NCBI GenBank assembly: GCA_037447435.1
Contig: JBBIGR010000015.1
Location: forward strand, 1-64,000
Direction: 5' to 3'
Length of the DNA: 64,000 nucleotides
DNA from: Fibrobacteria bacterium
GTDB taxonomy: Bacteria > Fibrobacterota > Chitinivibrionia > Chitinivibrionales > FEN-1185
Shown here: positions 59,563 to 64,000 of the stretch, one piece after another
How positions within the stretch are numbered: the stretch's first letter is position 1
Layout: each line of letters starts with the position of its first letter
Program-made: the position numbers and the translations under genes
Notes under the pieces: model-generated
Told to the model about the DNA's origin: nothing
The model's database searches: none
Seen by the model: only the letters and a program-made list of their open reading frames with translations

Positions 59563-61008
59563 TCAAAACGAACCCTCGACTTTAAATCTCCAATACCAGT
59601 CGGAATGATATCGGTATGTTTCCTCAAAATCAACGTTGGGACCGTAATCCGTTTCATCAAGATCGAAAACATTGTCGCGGGCAAATGCAAGCGTTGCGGC
59701 AAAATGTCCCATGAAACTTTTTTTAATGTAAATGGACCATTTCGTGTTTTCATTTAAATCCGGTCCCCAGCCGTTCGAATTGTAGTGTTGGGGAACATAG
59801 ACCTTTCTTGCGTCGTAAAATTCATTTGCGAACGGATTGTCCCAAAATTGAACTTCGGCACTGATTACATCGATAAAATTGAAGCCGGGGAAATTAAATC
59901 CGAGCATAAACGGAATTCGTTGATTTCTGTTTTCATAGGGGTGCTTAAGGAGACTTGTGTCCGGATCTTCATTAACGATATTGTCCCATCCGAGCACGCA
60001 GAATTCCCCGTACAACCGTAAATCGTTTGGCCCGAACAATTTCGAATCTCTAAAAAACGCCTTTGGATCAATACAAAAACGGCCCATTACCTTTGTTCCT
60101 GTAAAGGAATAATAGGTGCTGTCGAATGCGACGGCGGTATCGTTGCCGCCCGCGGCATTAGGCGTTACCACGAGACGGCGGTTTTTCTGGTACATATTCG
60201 TCGAAGCATCCTGCGGTGTCGTAAGATTGGGATCTACCGGAAACAGATGCGATCCGCTTATGCCGCCGCCGATTGTTAAAAAACCCTTGAACAAATTCAA
60301 GGATGTCAAATAGGTCAGGGCGAAATCTTCACGAGGATAGAAAAATGTTTCGCTGTTGATTATGAGGTCCTGATGCCACAGGCTGTCGAAAAGATCGCTT
60401 GAAACCTGGACACCTAATAGTCGTGCGTACGCCTGGTCGAAAATATTGTATATGTAGTCGGGATAACATTGACTTCTGAACATATATTCCCCGAGGTCGC
60501 GGACATCCGGGTTATATTTGTATTTAAAATAGCCGACCTTTACACTCATGACCGGATTTGCAAGGTCGCCGATATTCACGCCGAAATATGTTTCATTGAG
60601 ATAAGCATCATATTTTGCCTTCAGGTCTCTTTCCATCGGGTCGGTCAGATTTATCGGGTAGGGGTAATACAAACGCAATTCCGGGCTAATAACCATATGA
60701 TATCTATCGTTAATTGTCAAGTCGGCTTCAAGATTTGAATACACCCGCTGACGCCACACATGCTGAAATTGGCGATCGACGGGCCCGTGTCCGTTATACA
60801 ATTGCCCCAGTTCAAAACTTCCCCATCCGTGAATCTTAAACGATAATCCCTGATCATCATTTTTCACACCTGTCGAAGTCCCAGACTTTTCCGTAGTCGC
60901 CGACTTTACCGGGTCGGGTACCAGCGAATCGTCCTGGCCAAAAACAGCCCCATAGACCACACAGCAAACCATGGCACTAACGGTCATTAGTGACTTTAAG
61001 AGTTTCAT
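59563..61008 (-). CDS. secreted protein, probable outer-membrane beta-barrel
   Basis: signal peptide; GYFKYKYNPDVRDLGEYMFRS; aromatic-rich C-terminus ending in F. Confidence 0.7.
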   Translation of the reverse strand: MKLLKSLMTVSAMVCCVVYGAVFGQDDSLVPDPVKSATTEKSGTSTGVKNDDQGLSFKIHGWGSFELGQLYNGHGPVDRQFQHVWRQRVYSNLEADLTINDRYHMVISPELRLYYPYPINLTDPMERDLKAKYDAYLNETYFGVNIGDLANPVMSVKVGYFKYKYNPDVRDLGEYMFRSQCYPDYIYNIFDQAYARLLGVQVSSDLFDSLWHQDLIINSETFFYPREDFALTYLTSLNLFKGFLTIGGGISGSHLFPVDPNLTTPQDASTNMYQKNRRLVVTPNAAGGNDTAVAFDSTYYSFTGTKVMGRFCIDPKAFFRDSKLFGPNDLRLYGEFCVLGWDNIVNEDPDTSLLKHPYENRNQRIPFMLGFNFPGFNFIDVISAEVQFWDNPFANEFYDARKVYVPQHYNSNGWGPDLNENTKWSIYIKKSFMGHFAATLAFARDNVFDLDETDYGPNVDFEETYRYHSDWYWRFKVEGSF

Positions 61009-61236
61009 TTCATCTCCCCTTTCGTTATATGTTCTCAGGTCGGTTTCCTTGCGTAAATAATATACCGGATTTTTTAAAAAATATTCAAAATAATTTTAAT
61101 TTAATGCCATTTAAAAGTGTCATATTAATTAAATTTCCTTACTTTTCAATACTTTACACATGATTTTTAAATTGCCAATTTTTAAAATATTTTTAAATTT
61201 TTTTATTATAATTGCGATTTTCCGTTCATTTACATG

Positions 61237-61255
61237 TGTATACATTTTGTATACG
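61237..61255. promoter_or_regulatory. tandem TGTATAC boxes (GntR-family operator-like)
   Basis: TGTATACA-TTT-TGTATACG in the AT-rich region upstream of the 61008 gene. Confidence 0.45.
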
Positions 61256-61460
61256 AATAAATTAAAAAAAACGAGTTTAAAGAATCGAATAAAAGTACAT
61301 ACTTTTTCAATACAGCTGCAAGAAATGTTTTAAAATTATATTAAATTATTTTCCATAAAGTTATAAACAATTAAAAAAGGCAAGTGTATAACTATATATC
61401 ACTTGCCTTTATACGTTATTTTAAAATAATAACGTTTTATAAATTATTTAATTTTACAAC

Positions 61461-63260
61461 TTATTTTTTAGCACCACTGAAGTATTCCTCAACTTCTTCG
61501 AGGGTTTTACCTTTGGTTTCGGGTAAAAAGAATGCTGCAGTCACGAAATACACGATAGTGCATGCGGCAAATCCAAAAAACATTGTCGAATAGCCGTATT
61601 TTCCCACAGTGGGTAAAAATACTGCCGCAATTCCCGTAGACACTGCCTGGTTAATAAGTAATGCAATGCTCATGCCGTTGGAACGGATTCGAGTGGGCAT
61701 AAGTTCCGACAAAGCAAGCCACACGCAAACTCCCGGCCCGATTGCGAAAAAAGCCATAAACAAGTAAAGGAATACCGCAACGAGCCAGCCGTTTTTTGCC
61801 GTGGGTACGGGTGTTATCAAGGCATTTTCGATTTTAAGAGGCGCAACTCTTGCCTTGTTCAAATCGCCGAACGGATTTGAGAAAAACGCAATCACCTTAT
61901 TGGCAGGCAATGTCGCATCGCGGCTAATGGATATCGGCTTTTCGGCCAATACGCCTGTCCTCACAACCCTACTTGCGGCTTTAAAATCACCGTAGGAATA
62001 TATCAGAATCATGGATGTCGGTTTGGATACTATGGCTTGTCCTGCGCTTCCTATCGAAGCCAGCATAGCGTTTGCGGTGGAATCGTTATAGGTAAGCGAC
62101 AAGGCATCGCCGGAAACCATTGCCTGCGCAGCATCGCGGCAATCGACGCGCTGTTTTTCGGTTTTGCTGAATAAAAATCCTGCGGCCACCAGCGAAACGA
62201 TCACACCCGAAGTACCTAAGGTGAGCAAAAACTTTCTGCCTTTTTTGTCAACCAGCACCACGGCGATGATGGTTACCAAAAAGTTCACAATCGTAAACAG
62301 AAACGAACCCCAATGCGCGGCAACGTCCGAAAGTCCGCCCTGAATAAGAATATTCGTGTTGAACCCTATAATGGAGTTGATACCGGTCAATTGGTTGCAT
62401 GCCAAAATGATGCAGGCAAGCACGAACGGTATGACATATTTACGTTTAAGAAGCGATTCTTTGATTTTTGAACCGGTCGTGCTTTGCGTTTTTTCGGCGA
62501 CAAAGGTCTCTTCCATTTCTTGTAATTCCACATCGGCCTGTTCTTCGGAGCGCGAACGCAAAAGCGCAGCTTTTGCAGCGTCTTTGTTCCCGCGGCGATA
62601 CAGCCAGCGGGGAGATTCGGCCACCAGGAAACTACCGACAACGAACAATAATCCCGGCGGCAGCGATACCCAGAAAATGCTGCGCCAGGCAATGTCTTTG
62701 AATGCGAACAATTTTTCGACATTGCCGAGCTTTGCAACCATGTCGACGCGATAGCTGAAATACATACCGATCACCGATGCAGCCACCAAACCCGTGACCA
62801 ATAGCCATTGGAAAATGCCCGTGCCTTTTCCGCGGTTCGAAGCGCTCAGGCATTCTGCCAAGTAAAGCGGAATCACAACGCCGATGAGGCCGGCGCTTAC
62901 GCCCTGCAACAAACGTCCTAAAACAAGCGGCGCATATCCGTGGGCAAGCGAAATAATGGGAATACTCAAAACAAACATGATACCGCTCAACGTCATGAGC
63001 ATTTTTCGGCCGAGCCAATCGGCAAGCATGCCTGCAAAAAGCGTGGAAATGACGCTCCCGAGCAAAACAGCGGCAACGATAATGGAAAGCTGTCCGGAAT
63101 TGAGGCCCGACGTCGCTTCCAAATACGGAAGGGCGCCCGAAATGATGCCGACGTCCACTCCATAAAGCAATCCGCCCAAACCGGCGACTAGCAACAATAA
63201 CCGATTGTACCCGACCTTGACCGGCGCGGTAAGCGCACTTGCACTGCTTTGATTTCCCAT
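61461..63260 (-). CDS. sugar porter family MFS transporter
   Basis: GGLLYGVD.G, DWLGRK, YLAE, ESPRW, QLTGIN, DKKGRK, SELMP, LPETKGKTLEE. Confidence 0.93.
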   Translation of the reverse strand: MGNQSSASALTAPVKVGYNRLLLLVAGLGGLLYGVDVGIISGALPYLEATSGLNSGQLSIIVAAVLLGSVISTLFAGMLADWLGRKMLMTLSGIMFVLSIPIISLAHGYAPLVLGRLLQGVSAGLIGVVIPLYLAECLSASNRGKGTGIFQWLLVTGLVAASVIGMYFSYRVDMVAKLGNVEKLFAFKDIAWRSIFWVSLPPGLLFVVGSFLVAESPRWLYRRGNKDAAKAALLRSRSEEQADVELQEMEETFVAEKTQSTTGSKIKESLLKRKYVIPFVLACIILACNQLTGINSIIGFNTNILIQGGLSDVAAHWGSFLFTIVNFLVTIIAVVLVDKKGRKFLLTLGTSGVIVSLVAAGFLFSKTEKQRVDCRDAAQAMVSGDALSLTYNDSTANAMLASIGSAGQAIVSKPTSMILIYSYGDFKAASRVVRTGVLAEKPISISRDATLPANKVIAFFSNPFGDLNKARVAPLKIENALITPVPTAKNGWLVAVFLYLFMAFFAIGPGVCVWLALSELMPTRIRSNGMSIALLINQAVSTGIAAVFLPTVGKYGYSTMFFGFAACTIVYFVTAAFFLPETKGKTLEEVEEYFSGAKK

Positions 63261-63410
63261 AGCACTTCCTTCTAAAAGTAAATGTAAAGGGCGTTGTGGA
63301 TTTCCATATCGGAATTACGGAAATCCGGTTTCGTCATTAATATCATTTTTCTTCCCCCCGCTTTTATCGAAGAGTGGGCTAAGGGGCGAGGACGCAATTC
63401 CAATATTTGT

Positions 63411-64000
63411 TCATCGGGTTTTGACCCAGCGGATGATCTGCTGTTTCTTTCCTTCGATGGAAAATCCTACAAAGTAAATTCCAGCTTTAAACGGCTTTAA
63501 CGCGTCGGTTGCGGTCCACGACGACGCTACCGGCATCGAAGTTGACATTAGTTTTTGCCCAAGCACCGAGTACACGGTCATGGTGGCCATCGTTCCCTTA
63601 TTCGCATTCAGCAGGGAATTTTTATTGCCACGCGAAACGTTCGGGTTCAGCACGCCGTTCGACGCGCGTTCCCAAATGGTTTTGGAAAGCCAGGTGCTGT
63701 CTTCAACGAAATTCGCGGGGACCGCAACATTTACAAAAGGATACATAAACGACGTTGTGGACGTATACGACGTATCGGTCGATTCGACGAGTTTCGTATA
63801 GCTCGAATCTTTCAGGTTCACCAGATATATTGCGGTCCTGTTTTGTACATGTTTCCAATCGCCGGAAACCTGGAACAAACGGTCGACCAAAAGGCTAGCG
63901 GCGGCATAATAGGGATGGTCTGACCATTCGGGAAAATCCCATTCCTTTGCAACCGGCTCGCCGTTGCCGTTCGCATCGTTGATCGAAACAAGTTTCTGAT
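63411..64000 (-). CDS. 3' part of a secreted protein with T9SS-type tail (possibly TIGR02171-like); 5' end outside the window
   Basis: frame open to the window edge (..EWDFPEWSDHPYYAAASLLVDRL..); C-terminal VYSVLGQ..AGIYFV. Confidence 0.7.
   Translation of the reverse strand, partial: QKLVSINDANGNGEPVAKEWDFPEWSDHPYYAAASLLVDRLFQVSGDWKHVQNRTAIYLVNLKDSSYTKLVESTDTSYTSTTSFMYPFVNVAVPANFVEDSTWLSKTIWERASNGVLNPNVSRGNKNSLLNANKGTMATMTVYSVLGQKLMSTSMPVASSWTATDALKPFKAGIYFVGFSIEGKKQQIIRWVKTR

Noticed and set aside
1..64000. CRISPR array, rRNA, IS/transposase, prophage
   Set aside because: No regularly spaced repeats, rRNA-like tracts or mobility/phage structural genes recognised by eye

Overview
Bacterial chromosomal window, probably Fibrobacterota (Chitinivibrionia/Chitinispirillia-like). 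That placement is inferred from a TIGR02147-type gene, Fibrobacter-type C-terminal sorting tails on secreted glycoside hydrolases and Fibrobacter-like lipoprotein and outer-membrane families. Most of the window is core genome: tRNA-Glu, tatA/tatC, rlmB, priA, MacAB-TolC-type exporter, coaD, rsmD, pilM/pilB, thiM/thiE/thiL, kdsB, gatC, pcrA/uvrD, a Tex-like gene and a murC-like gene. It also has an AT-rich, decayed accessory region at the left end (Fic and Map gene remnants, palindromic operators) and a glycan-utilisation block at the right end. I saw no CRISPR array, rRNA, integrase or transposase. The most unusual observations are (1) a TatB/TatA-like membrane domain fused in frame to 5-formyltetrahydrofolate cyclo-ligase inside the tat operon and (2) a 26-aa Lys/Ala/Val peptide gene missed by the ORF track, with a near-consensus promoter, a strong RBS and its own terminator. 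Also notable are a PilN-PilO-like fusion, a tandem-MshEN PilB in line with an HD-GYP phosphodiesterase, two FapA paralogs and an orphan phage-tail-fibre-like gene. All family assignments come from motif recognition by eye; no database searches were run.
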